Positions 41,221 through 50,019 of a DNA stretch of 64,000 nucleotides are shown in pieces. The translations under genes were made by a program, and so were the position numbers. This stretch comes from Synechococcus sp. (lineage in GTDB: Bacteria; Cyanobacteriota; Cyanobacteriia; PCC-6307; Cyanobiaceae): the NCBI GenBank assembly GCA_047285805.1, contig JBJBCN010000003.1:704001-768000 (forward strand), read 5' to 3'. Position 1 is the first letter of the stretch, and each line of letters begins with the position of its first letter. The notes beneath the pieces were generated by a model. It was not told the DNA's origin, did not search any database, and saw nothing but the letters and a program-made list of their open reading frames with translations.

Positions 41221-41952
41221 ATGAGCCTCGAACCTGAAACCCAACCAGACGTCACTCCAACGGCACCCGCCCGCTTGCTGCTGGTGGATGACGAACCGGG
41301 GTTGCGCACCGCGGTGCAGGCCTACCTGGAGGACGAGGGGTTCCAGGTCACGACGGCCGTCGATGGAGAAGACGGCTGGGCGAAGGCCCAGGAGTTGCTG
41401 CCCGACGTCGTGATCAGCGACGTGATGATGCCCCGCCTCGATGGCTATGGCCTGCTTCGCAAGCTTCGCGAGGAAGAGCGTCTGGGCGGGACCCCGGTCA
41501 TCTTCCTGACGGCCAAGGGGATGACGGCCGATCGCATCGAGGGCTTCCAGGCCGGCTGCGATGACTACATCCCGAAGCCGTTTGACCCTGACGAACTGGT
41601 GGCGCGGGTCCACAACGTGGTGAAGCGCCAGGAGCGGCTTCTGACCGAGGCCGCCCGCTTTGCCGATGCGGACATCGGTCAGATGGCTAAGCAGATCACC
41701 GAGATCCGCTCACTGCTGGCCACCGGTGGCAGCAAGCAACCGGCGGCGGCCGTGAAGCACGAGTTCACCCCCCGGGAAGCCTCGGTGCTGCAGCTAGTGG
41801 CGGAGGGAATGATGAACAAGGAGATCGCCCGGCGCTTGGAGACCTCCATTCGCAACGTCGAGAAGTACGTGAGCCGGCTCTTCAGTAAGACCGGCACCGC
41901 GAGCCGCACGGAACTGGTGCGTTACGCCCTGGAAAACGGACTGGTTGAGTAA
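41221..41952 (+). CDS. ycf29: NarL/LuxR-family response regulator (Ycf29-like)
   Basis: LLVDDEPGLR, SDVMMP, FLTAKG; TPREASVLQLVAEG...RNVEKYVSRL. Confidence 0.9.
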   Translation: MSLEPETQPDVTPTAPARLLLVDDEPGLRTAVQAYLEDEGFQVTTAVDGEDGWAKAQELLPDVVISDVMMPRLDGYGLLRKLREEERLGGTPVIFLTAKGMTADRIEGFQAGCDDYIPKPFDPDELVARVHNVVKRQERLLTEAARFADADIGQMAKQITEIRSLLATGGSKQPAAAVKHEFTPREASVLQLVAEGMMNKEIARRLETSIRNVEKYVSRLFSKTGTASRTELVRYALENGLVE

Positions 41953-42901
41953 AGACTGGCTGCCGGCGGCCCTGAACGGCGGTCACCGCTACCGGGACCG
42001 GGTTCAGGCGGCTGCGGCCAGCGTGGTGCGCTACTACGCCGAGCGCTATGCCCATTCCGATCCGTCGGTCTGGAGGAACCGCTTGGCCGCTGGTGAGATC
42101 TGGTGCAACGGCCAACAGCTCCGGGCCGATGGGGCGCTGTCCGCCGGGGATCAACTGGTCTGGCATCGGCCACCCTGGGAGGAGGCCACCGTGCCGGTGC
42201 TGAGCCAGCACGCGGTCGTCTTCGATGACGGGGACTTGCTGGTACTGAACAAACCCAGCGGCCTGCCGGTGCTGCCCGCCGGGGGCTTCCTGGGGCACAC
42301 TCTGCTGAGCCAGCTGCGGGCCTGGGCACCGGAGGCCAGGCCCGTGCATCGCCTGGGTCGCTTCACCTCCGGGGTGTTGGTCTGCGCGCGGCGGCGCGGA
42401 ACGCGCGCCAACTTGAGTTCGCGCCTCAGGGAGAGCACCGCAGATGCCAGCTACAGCCAGGGCTGCCGGAAGGTCTACAGGGCGTTGACCGCACCGTTGC
42501 CGGCCGATTGGGAGCTGGGGGAGACCCGCCCGATAACGACCCCGATTGGGCTCCAGCCCCATCCGATGCTGGGGGAGTTGTGGTGTGCGGCCTCGGCGTA
42601 CGACGACTGCGCCCTGCCGTCCCGCAGCGCGCTAACCGTGCTGGAGCGCCGGCCGGAGGGCTGCTTGGTGGACGTGGAGATCGCCACGGGACGCCCCCAT
42701 CAGATCCGGATTCACACCGCGGCCATCGGATCGCCACTGCTGGGCGATCCTCTCTATTTGCCGGGGGGAGGGGCGCACCCGGAGGTGCTCCCCGGAGCGG
42801 GCGGTTATCAGCTTCATGCTCACTGCCTCCGCCTAGAGCCGGAGGGTTTGCAGCTGGAGGCGCCGCTGCCCTCAGGCCTTCTCGAAGGCCAGCAGCCGTG
42901 A
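41945..42901 (+). CDS. RluA-family pseudouridine synthase
   Basis: NKPSGLPVLP, VHRLGRFTSG, TGRPHQIRIH, GDPLY. Confidence 0.88.
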   Translation: MSKDWLPAALNGGHRYRDRVQAAAASVVRYYAERYAHSDPSVWRNRLAAGEIWCNGQQLRADGALSAGDQLVWHRPPWEEATVPVLSQHAVVFDDGDLLVLNKPSGLPVLPAGGFLGHTLLSQLRAWAPEARPVHRLGRFTSGVLVCARRRGTRANLSSRLRESTADASYSQGCRKVYRALTAPLPADWELGETRPITTPIGLQPHPMLGELWCAASAYDDCALPSRSALTVLERRPEGCLVDVEIATGRPHQIRIHTAAIGSPLLGDPLYLPGGGAHPEVLPGAGGYQLHAHCLRLEPEGLQLEAPLPSGLLEGQQP

Positions 42902-43597
42902 GAAGTAGAAGGGGGCTTTGTTCAGGCTGCGGCGCTTGAGCACGAAGCCCGCCGCTTCAGCGGCCTGGACGATGCCCTTCTCGCGCAGGGTGTAGGCGCG
43001 GGTGGTCTTGCTGGGGCCGGGGAAGAGCTGGCCGATCTTTTTCAGGACGGCCAGCACCGGGGTGTAGGGCGCAAAGCTGACGATCAGGTGCTTCTCGGCC
43101 ATGGAGGCGAGGTGGCGCACCATCTCCTCAGCCGGTTCCTGGGGGTAGTGGATGAAGACATCCAGGCAGACCACGGTGTCGTAGCGACCGCTGAGGCTCT
43201 CGAGGTCGGAGGCCAAGTAGCTGACCTGCCCGGGGGCGATGCTGGCAGCATTGGCCCGGCGTTCCGCCTCCTGGACCATGGCCTCTGAGAGGTCGGAGGC
43301 GGCTATGAAGCCTGCCCCCAGCTGTGCCAGGGGCAGGGTCAAGCTGCCGACGCCGCAGCCGGCATCACAGAAGCTGCGGCCGTCCAGGTTTCCTTGCTCC
43401 TGAAGCCAGGCCAGCACGTTGTTAACGGTCTTTTGGTGGCCGATGCGGATGTTCCGCTGCACCTTGTTGACGTCACTGGATTCGCTGTAGATGCGGTTCC
43501 AGCGGTCGAACCCGGTGGTTTCGAAATAGCCTTTCACCTCTTGCTTCTCGGCCTGCTTGTCCGCGGCCTTGTCGTTGAGGAGCTGATCGGCGGGCAT
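42872..43597 (-). CDS. chlM: Mg-protoporphyrin IX methyltransferase
   Basis: YFETTGFDRWNRIY, DAGCGVGSL, CLDVFIHYP, FPGPSKTTRAY. Confidence 0.97.
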   Translation of the reverse strand: MPADQLLNDKAADKQAEKQEVKGYFETTGFDRWNRIYSESSDVNKVQRNIRIGHQKTVNNVLAWLQEQGNLDGRSFCDAGCGVGSLTLPLAQLGAGFIAASDLSEAMVQEAERRANAASIAPGQVSYLASDLESLSGRYDTVVCLDVFIHYPQEPAEEMVRHLASMAEKHLIVSFAPYTPVLAVLKKIGQLFPGPSKTTRAYTLREKGIVQAAEAAGFVLKRRSLNKAPFYFSRLLAFEKA

Positions 43598-43628
43598 TCG
43601 GAGCAGGGGGGAGATGGGCGGATCCTAT

Positions 43629-44759
43629 TCAGGCGGCCCGGCTCCAGCGCAGGTCAGCACTGGGTCCCGTCCAACGCAGGGTTTCGCCGAGGGGCAGCCC
43701 CTGGAGTTGATGCTGCACCCGGGTCCCCCCACCCAGAAGACGCCGGGGCAGGACGGTTGCTGCGGCGATGGCGCGATCCGGATCGCCGCTCCAGCGCGCC
43801 AGCCGTTTGACCCCCTCGAGCAGCGGCAGGGTGACCCCGGCCAAGGTGCCGTCCTCGAGCCGGCAACTCCCCTGCTCGACGATCAGCGTGCGTTCATCCC
43901 AGCGGTGCAGCCCGTCGGCCAGGCCATAGGGGGCCAGGGCATCGCTGACCAGCACGACCTGATCGGGCGCCAGTCGCTCCAGCAGGACCGCCATGGTCGG
44001 ATCCACATGGACCCCATCGGCGATCAAGCCGAGTGCGATGTCGCCGCGTCGGGCCGCCGCTCCGATCGGACCGGGACTGCGGTGCTGGAGTCCCGCCATC
44101 GCGTTGAAGCTGTGGGTCAACATCCCCACCCCCTGCTCGAAGGCGTGGCTGGCCTGCTCCGCCGTGGCCTCGCTGTGCCCGAGGCTGACCAGGATCCCTC
44201 GAGCGCGTAGGGCGGCGATGACCGCGTCGGCCCCCGGCAGCTCCGGCGCCAGGGTCACAATGGCGATCTCCCCTTCGTGGCCGCCGATGCGCGCCTCCAG
44301 GGCCTCCAGGCTAGGTGCGGCAAGGTGTTCGGCCGGGTGGGCGCCTCGTTTGCCATGGGCGAGGAAGGGCCCCTCCAGATGGGCCCCGAGCAGGCGGCAG
44401 CGGCCGCTGCGGTGTTGTAGGCGTGCCTGCTGCAGCACCGTCAGGGCTTGGCGCAGCGGGGCGACCGCGCAGGTCACGAGGGTCGGGCTGATTGCTTCAA
44501 CCCCGTCGCGCCAGAACAGCTCCAGCAGCTCCAGCAGGGTCGGGAGATCGCTGGGCTGCAGTTCGGGGAAGGCTAGTCCCAAGCCGCCGTTGATCTGCCA
44601 GTCGATTCCGGCGGGACTTAGCCAGTCCCCCTGCCAATGCTCCCCGGCGGCGGCGCTGCCCGGGGGCATGGGCTGGATGCTGGCGATCCGCTCCTGGGCC
44701 AGGCCGATGCGCCAGAGCCCTGGCTCTCCAGGCAGGCGGACGTGGCTCAGCCAGCGCAT
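43629..44759 (-). CDS. nagA: N-acetylglucosamine-6-phosphate deacetylase
   Basis: QINGG, HLEGPF, RGAH, TLAPE, GHS, THSFNAM, IADGVH. Confidence 0.93.
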   Translation of the reverse strand: MRWLSHVRLPGEPGLWRIGLAQERIASIQPMPPGSAAAGEHWQGDWLSPAGIDWQINGGLGLAFPELQPSDLPTLLELLELFWRDGVEAISPTLVTCAVAPLRQALTVLQQARLQHRSGRCRLLGAHLEGPFLAHGKRGAHPAEHLAAPSLEALEARIGGHEGEIAIVTLAPELPGADAVIAALRARGILVSLGHSEATAEQASHAFEQGVGMLTHSFNAMAGLQHRSPGPIGAAARRGDIALGLIADGVHVDPTMAVLLERLAPDQVVLVSDALAPYGLADGLHRWDERTLIVEQGSCRLEDGTLAGVTLPLLEGVKRLARWSGDPDRAIAAATVLPRRLLGGGTRVQHQLQGLPLGETLRWTGPSADLRWSRAA

Positions 44760-44812
44760 TCGATGCGAGAACGGAACCATGTCATCCTCGCTGCGAAAGC
44801 CGAAACGTGCCG

Positions 44813-45334
44813 ATGTCTGATGCTGCGCTGGTGGCTGTGTTGATGGGGAGCGACTCCGACCTGCCCACCATGCAGCCCGCCGTTGAGATGCTCCAGCAGC
44901 TGGGGTTGTCGACGGAGGTCCGGGTGCTCTCGGCCCACCGCACGCCCCTCGAGATGGTTGAGTTCGCCCAAGCCGCGGCCGGCCGCGGCTTCAAGGTGAT
45001 CATCGCGGGGGCCGGTGGCGCCGCCCACTTGCCAGGGATGGTCGCCTCCTTGACGGTGTTGCCTGTGATCGGAGTGCCGGTCCAGACCCGGGCCCTCTCC
45101 GGTGTGGATTCCTTGCATTCGATCGTGCAGATGCCGGCCGGGATCCCGGTGGCCACGGTGGCAATTGGCAATGGCGCCAACGCTGGCCTGCTGGCGGCCC
45201 AGATCCTGGCGACGGCCGATTCCGCCCTCGCGGCCCGCTTGGCGGAGTACCGCCACTCCCTCCACGATCAAGTGGCCGCCAAGGACGCCCGCTTGCTGGA
45301 GCTGGGCAGTGCCGCTTACTTGGCACAAATGTGA
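44813..45334 (+). CDS. purE: N5-CAIR mutase
   Basis: [37 protein letters not shown]. Confidence 0.98.
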   Translation: MSDAALVAVLMGSDSDLPTMQPAVEMLQQLGLSTEVRVLSAHRTPLEMVEFAQAAAGRGFKVIIAGAGGAAHLPGMVASLTVLPVIGVPVQTRALSGVDSLHSIVQMPAGIPVATVAIGNGANAGLLAAQILATADSALAARLAEYRHSLHDQVAAKDARLLELGSAAYLAQM

Positions 45335-45361
45335 TTGGCTGAGGCGGTGTTGGGGTGACCC

Positions 45362-46459
45362 ATGCTTGAGCGTCTGGTTCTGCCGCCATGGTTGCGCCTG
45401 AGCCTGGCGCTACCGCTGTTGGCCTTGAATCTCTGGGTGCTGCGGCAGTTGCTGTTGCCGCTTGCCCCCTTCCCAGCGCTCTTTGTTGGAGCGGCGTTGA
45501 TCGCTTTTTTGCTCGACCTGCCTACCCGTTGGTTGGCCCGCCGCGGGCTGCCCCGGGGCTTGGCGGTGCTGTTGGTAGTGGGCCTGTCCTTGACCCTTTT
45601 GGTCTTGGCGGCCCTCTGGTTGGTGCCGCGGCTGATCGAGCAGCTGGGCGAGTTGATCAACGCCCTGCCCTCGTGGTTGGTGGAGGCGGAGGCCTTGCTG
45701 GATCGCCTTGAGATCTGGGCCGCCGATCGCGGTCTGCCCACGGAATTCACCGACCTGAGCAGCACCCTCTTTGCCCGGGCGAGTCAGCTCGCGAGTCAAC
45801 TCAGCCAACGGGCCATAGGGATCCTTGGGGCCACGGTGGGGCTCACGGTCAACATTGTGATCGTGGCCGTCCTGGCCATCTTCCTGTTGCTGGGCGGCGA
45901 CCCGATCGTGGCGGGCCTGGCACGCTGGTTACCGGATGGCATCCGTGAGTTGGTCATCGGCACCTTGAATCGCACCTTCCGGGGCTACTTCGCCGGTCAG
46001 GTCCTGTTGGCCTTGATACTCAGCGCCCTTCAGGTCGTAGTTTTCACCCTGCTTGGGATTCCCTATGGGGTGCTCTTTGCGGTGGCGATTGGCTTCACCA
46101 CCTTGGTGCCCTACGCCAGTGCCCTGACCATCGTTCTGGTGAGCGTTCTGCTCGCCTTGGATGATCCCCGCACCGGCATTGAGGTTCTGGCGGCGGCCAT
46201 CAGCGTCGGCCAGGTGGTCGACCAGGTGATCCAGCCGCGCTTGATGGGCAGCATCGTTGGCCTGCAGCCCGCTTGGCTGCTGGTCGCATTGCCGATCGGC
46301 GCCCGCGTGGGCAGCCTGATGGGCTTTGGCGATTTGCTCGGCTTGTTGCTGGCGGTTCCGGTCGCCGGCTCCCTCAAAACGTTGCTGGATGCCTGGGGGC
46401 AGCAGCCTGCCCCCGAGGCGATCACTGAGGAATCACGCCCGCTTCGCGCAGGTGGTTGA
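45362..46459 (+). CDS. AI-2E family transporter
   Basis: Highly hydrophobic; RGYFAGQ, VPY, IQPRLMG, GLLLAVP. Confidence 0.9.
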   Translation: MLERLVLPPWLRLSLALPLLALNLWVLRQLLLPLAPFPALFVGAALIAFLLDLPTRWLARRGLPRGLAVLLVVGLSLTLLVLAALWLVPRLIEQLGELINALPSWLVEAEALLDRLEIWAADRGLPTEFTDLSSTLFARASQLASQLSQRAIGILGATVGLTVNIVIVAVLAIFLLLGGDPIVAGLARWLPDGIRELVIGTLNRTFRGYFAGQVLLALILSALQVVVFTLLGIPYGVLFAVAIGFTTLVPYASALTIVLVSVLLALDDPRTGIEVLAAAISVGQVVDQVIQPRLMGSIVGLQPAWLLVALPIGARVGSLMGFGDLLGLLLAVPVAGSLKTLLDAWGQQPAPEAITEESRPLRAGG

Positions 46460-47063
46460 TCACCACCTCCACGCAGGCCGCCAGGCTTTGGCTGCCGGTG
46501 TCGACCCGCAGTTCAGGGTTCTCCGGCGCTTCGTAGGGGCTTGAGATGCCAGTGAATTCCTTGATCTCCCCGGCGCGGGCTTTGGCATAGAGGCCCTTGG
46601 TGTCCCGCTCTTCGCAGACGCTCAGGTCGGCGGCGCAGTGGATCTCTACAAAGTCGCCGACCGTGACCAGGCCCCGGGCTCGGTCACGGTCGGCCTTGAA
46701 GGGGGAAACGAAGGCGGTCAGCACCACTACGCCGGCATCCAGGAACAACTTGCTCACTTCACCGATCCGCCGGATGTTCTCCTCGCGATCCGCATCGGAG
46801 AAGCCCAGGTCCTTGCAGAGCCCGTGGCGGATGTTGTCGCCATCCAGCACGTAGCAGGCCAGGCCGCGCTGGAACAGGGCCTGGTTGACCGCGTTGGCGA
46901 GGGTGCTCTTGCCGGAGCCACTGAGTCCGGTGAACCAGAGGATGGCGCTGCGATGACCCCGCTGCTCAGCGCGGGCTGCGCGATCCACCGAGGCGTGGTG
47001 CCAGGCGATGTTGGTGGAGGCGCCTGTGTTGGTGAGCTCTCCGTAGATGGGGGATGCGGTCAT
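46422..47063 (-). CDS. cysC: Adenylyl-sulfate kinase
   Basis: WFTGLSGSGKST, LDGDNIRHGL, DREENIRR, FTGISSPYE. Confidence 0.98.
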   Translation of the reverse strand: MTASPIYGELTNTGASTNIAWHHASVDRAARAEQRGHRSAILWFTGLSGSGKSTLANAVNQALFQRGLACYVLDGDNIRHGLCKDLGFSDADREENIRRIGEVSKLFLDAGVVVLTAFVSPFKADRDRARGLVTVGDFVEIHCAADLSVCEERDTKGLYAKARAGEIKEFTGISSPYEAPENPELRVDTGSQSLAACVEVVINHLREAGVIPQ

Positions 47064-47116
47064 GGCGGGCCTGGGGAGCGACGTCGGGCCATTCTCCCCG
47101 CTGGCTGGTCGAACCC

Positions 47117-47443
47117 TCAGCCGCCGGCTTGCTTGGGCCGATACCCCGCCTTGTCCAGGGCGGCGAGGGCAGCGGCCACCTGATCCCCCTGCAGTTCGAT
47201 TACCCCGTCCCTGACGGTCCCGCCGGTGCCTGCCGCCGCCTTGAGCTGTTTCAGCAGCGCCTTGAGGTCGCTCTCTGCTGCCTCCAGCCCTGTGATGGCC
47301 GTCACCATCTTTCCGCCCTTGCCAGCCTTGGTGCGCTGCACCCGTACCCGCTGCTGGGCTTTTGGGGTCGATGCCGCAGGGGCGCCGCTGGCCCTCTGAA
47401 GGCTTTCAGGCCGTGTGAATTCTTGCCAGCCACCCTTCGGCAT
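47117..47443 (-). CDS. yciH: SUI1/YciH translation initiation factor
   Basis: KAGKGGKMVTAITG, GTGGTV, IELQGD. Confidence 0.92.
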   Translation of the reverse strand: MPKGGWQEFTRPESLQRASGAPAASTPKAQQRVRVQRTKAGKGGKMVTAITGLEAAESDLKALLKQLKAAAGTGGTVRDGVIELQGDQVAAALAALDKAGYRPKQAGG

Positions 47444-47490
47444 CGCTTTGGATATGTGTTGGTTCCAGTTCAGCGCAACGGAGGCCAACC

Positions 47491-47703
47491 ATGGATTTGC
47501 CGGCCGTTCAGGTAGAGGTATGGCGCCTGGGTCTGCAGGGACAGCCCCCCCAGGAGGTCTGTCGCCCCCAGCCCAGCAGCGGTTCATTGGCGAGTTCCGT
47601 CAGCGGTAGCGACCTCTGCCGTAAGGAGGCCCAGCGCATCCGGATCGATCAACCCGCGGGTTGGCCAGTCCTGCCCCCACCGCCAGTTCCTACCCTGGAC
47701 TGA
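47491..47703 (+). CDS. Small hypothetical protein (70 aa)
   Basis: GGAGG SD 6 nt before the ATG; ends 15 nt before trpB. Confidence 0.55.
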   Translation: MDLPAVQVEVWRLGLQGQPPQEVCRPQPSSGSLASSVSGSDLCRKEAQRIRIDQPAGWPVLPPPPVPTLD

Positions 47704-47718
47704 ATCCGCGCGTTCCTG

Positions 47719-48990
47719 GTGACCAGCACCATTCCTTCGATGACGTCGGCCCAGGGCGTCCCCGACCCGGCGGAGCTGGCCCTGGAGTCCAGGCCCAACA
47801 ACATGGGTCGCTACGGCCAGTTCGGTGGTCAGTACGTTCCCGAAACCCTGATTCCCGCCCTGGCGGAACTCGAGAAGGCCGCTGCGGAAGCCTGGAAGGA
47901 TCCCACCTTCACCGACCGGCTCAACCATCTGCTGCGTACCTATGTCGGCCGGCCCAACCCTCTCTATGAAGCGGAGCGCCTCAGCGAGCACTATCGCCGA
48001 GCCGAGGGCGGTCCGCGCATTTGGCTGAAGCGAGAAGACCTGAACCACACCGGCGCCCACAAGATCAACAACGCGCTCGGGCAGGCGCTCCTGGCCCTGC
48101 GTATGGGCAAGAAGCGGATCATTGCTGAAACTGGTGCCGGTCAGCATGGCGTGGCTACGGCCACGGTCTGTGCCCGCTTCGGCCTCGAGTGCGTCGTTTA
48201 CATGGGCGCCGAGGACATGCGCCGTCAGGCCCTGAACGTGTTCCGCATGCGCCTGCTCGGTGCCACGGTTCAGCCCGTGACCGCTGGCACGGCCACCTTG
48301 AAGGACGCCACCAGTGAGGCGATCCGCGATTGGGTGACCAATGTGGAGACCACCCACTACATCCTGGGCTCAGTCGCTGGCCCCCATCCCTTCCCAATGT
48401 TGGTGCGCGACTTCCACGCCGTGATCGGTGAGGAAACCAAGTGCCAGTGCCATGAGGCCTTCGGCCGCAACCCCGATGTGTTGGTGGCCTGTGTGGGTGG
48501 TGGCTCCAACGCCATGGGCTTGTTCCATCCCTTTGTCCCTGACATCAACGTTCGCTTGATCGGTGTGGAAGCCGCTGGCGATGGTGTCCCGACGGGGCGC
48601 CATGCCGCGACCATCACCGAAGGCCGCGTGGGGGTGCTCCACGGCGCGATGAGCCTGCTGCTGCAGGACAACGAGGGGCAGGTGCAAGAAGCCCACTCGA
48701 TCAGCGCTGGCCTGGACTATCCCGGCGTGGGCCCCGAGCACAGCTACCTCAAGACCATCGGCCGGGCCGAGTACGGCGCCGTGACGGACGCAGAGGCCCT
48801 GGATGCCCTGCAGCTGCTCTGTCAGCTCGAGGGCATCATTCCCGCCCTGGAGACCGCCCACGCCTTCGCCTGGCTCGACAAGCTCTGTCCGACCCTGGCC
48901 CCTGGCACTGAAGTGGTGCTTAACCTCTCCGGTCGCGGCGACAAGGACGTCAACACCGTGGCGGATCGCCTCGGCAGCGCCCTCAGCTGA
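47719..48990 (+). CDS. trpB: Tryptophan synthase beta chain
   Basis: [45 protein letters not shown]. Confidence 0.99.
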   Translation: MTSTIPSMTSAQGVPDPAELALESRPNNMGRYGQFGGQYVPETLIPALAELEKAAAEAWKDPTFTDRLNHLLRTYVGRPNPLYEAERLSEHYRRAEGGPRIWLKREDLNHTGAHKINNALGQALLALRMGKKRIIAETGAGQHGVATATVCARFGLECVVYMGAEDMRRQALNVFRMRLLGATVQPVTAGTATLKDATSEAIRDWVTNVETTHYILGSVAGPHPFPMLVRDFHAVIGEETKCQCHEAFGRNPDVLVACVGGGSNAMGLFHPFVPDINVRLIGVEAAGDGVPTGRHAATITEGRVGVLHGAMSLLLQDNEGQVQEAHSISAGLDYPGVGPEHSYLKTIGRAEYGAVTDAEALDALQLLCQLEGIIPALETAHAFAWLDKLCPTLAPGTEVVLNLSGRGDKDVNTVADRLGSALS

Positions 48991-49981
48991 GCAGGCGGTC
49001 CAGGTACCCCGCGACGCCCTTCACCGCCGATCGAGCGGTGGAATAGGCCATCCGCATCGGACCGATCAGGGCTACCTGGCCACTCGCTCCGTTGCTACTT
49101 CCATAGCTGGCCCACACCACGGCGCAGTGCTGCAGGGCGGGGTGGGGATGCTCTGAGCCAATCCAGACCCCCCCATGACCGCTGGCGGCTTCGCTTTGTA
49201 GGACCTGCTGCGGCTCGAGCTCCACGAGTTGAAGCAGCGGTTTCAGGCTGGAGCTGCTTTGGAACTCGGGTTGCCCGAGCAGTCCCGCCACCCCGAGGCT
49301 TACCGCCCCTTCGCCGCTGCCGCCCCGGGCCAGGCTGTGGCTGCTCAGCCCCTGGCGCAGGAGTTCGCCGCTGCTACCAAGTTGGCTCGGCAGGGCCTTC
49401 CAATTCAGGCGGCCGGCGCCCCCTTGCAGTTGATCGCTTGCCCAGCGCTCCAGGGCCGGCACCTGGGCCCCGAATTCCTCTGGCATCCGCAGGTTCAAGC
49501 AGCTGGCCGCCGCCCCCTTTTCCACGAGCAGCACCAGCAGTCGGTCGTTGCTGGGCACCAGGCGGAGCGTCTCGAGGCTGCTCCCCAGTTCCTGGGGCCG
49601 CGTGATCAGGCTCATCAAGCCGGTGAGGTCCGCGAGGCGGCGGGCGAGTTGTAGCAGCAGGTCATCCAGGGCCGCCCACTGGAGACTCAGTCCCGTGAGT
49701 TCGCGGCTGAGTTGAGTGGCGGCGGCCCCGGGGGCGGGCAGCAGACAGTCCACGTAGTGGCGATAGCCCAGTTGGCTTGGGACTCGGCCGGCGGAGGTGT
49801 GGGGTTGGGTCAGCAGTCCGCGCTGCTCGAGGGCGCCCATCGCCGAGCGCACCGTGGCGGGGCTGGCCTTCAGGCCAAAGCGTCGCACCAGGATTTGGCT
49901 GCCCACAGGCTCCGTGGTGTCGACGTAGTGCTGCACCGTCGCCTGAAGCACCTCCTGTTGCCGGCGGGGCAGGGGCTGCAA
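48983..49981 (-). CDS. hrcA: Heat-inducible transcription repressor
   Basis: [40 protein letters not shown]. Confidence 0.95.
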   Translation of the reverse strand: MQPLPRRQQEVLQATVQHYVDTTEPVGSQILVRRFGLKASPATVRSAMGALEQRGLLTQPHTSAGRVPSQLGYRHYVDCLLPAPGAAATQLSRELTGLSLQWAALDDLLLQLARRLADLTGLMSLITRPQELGSSLETLRLVPSNDRLLVLLVEKGAAASCLNLRMPEEFGAQVPALERWASDQLQGGAGRLNWKALPSQLGSSGELLRQGLSSHSLARGGSGEGAVSLGVAGLLGQPEFQSSSSLKPLLQLVELEPQQVLQSEAASGHGGVWIGSEHPHPALQHCAVVWASYGSSNGASGQVALIGPMRMAYSTARSAVKGVAGYLDRLLS

Positions 49982-50019
49982 AACGGTGCATCAGAGCCGC
50001 TGAGCGGATGCTACGGGGC

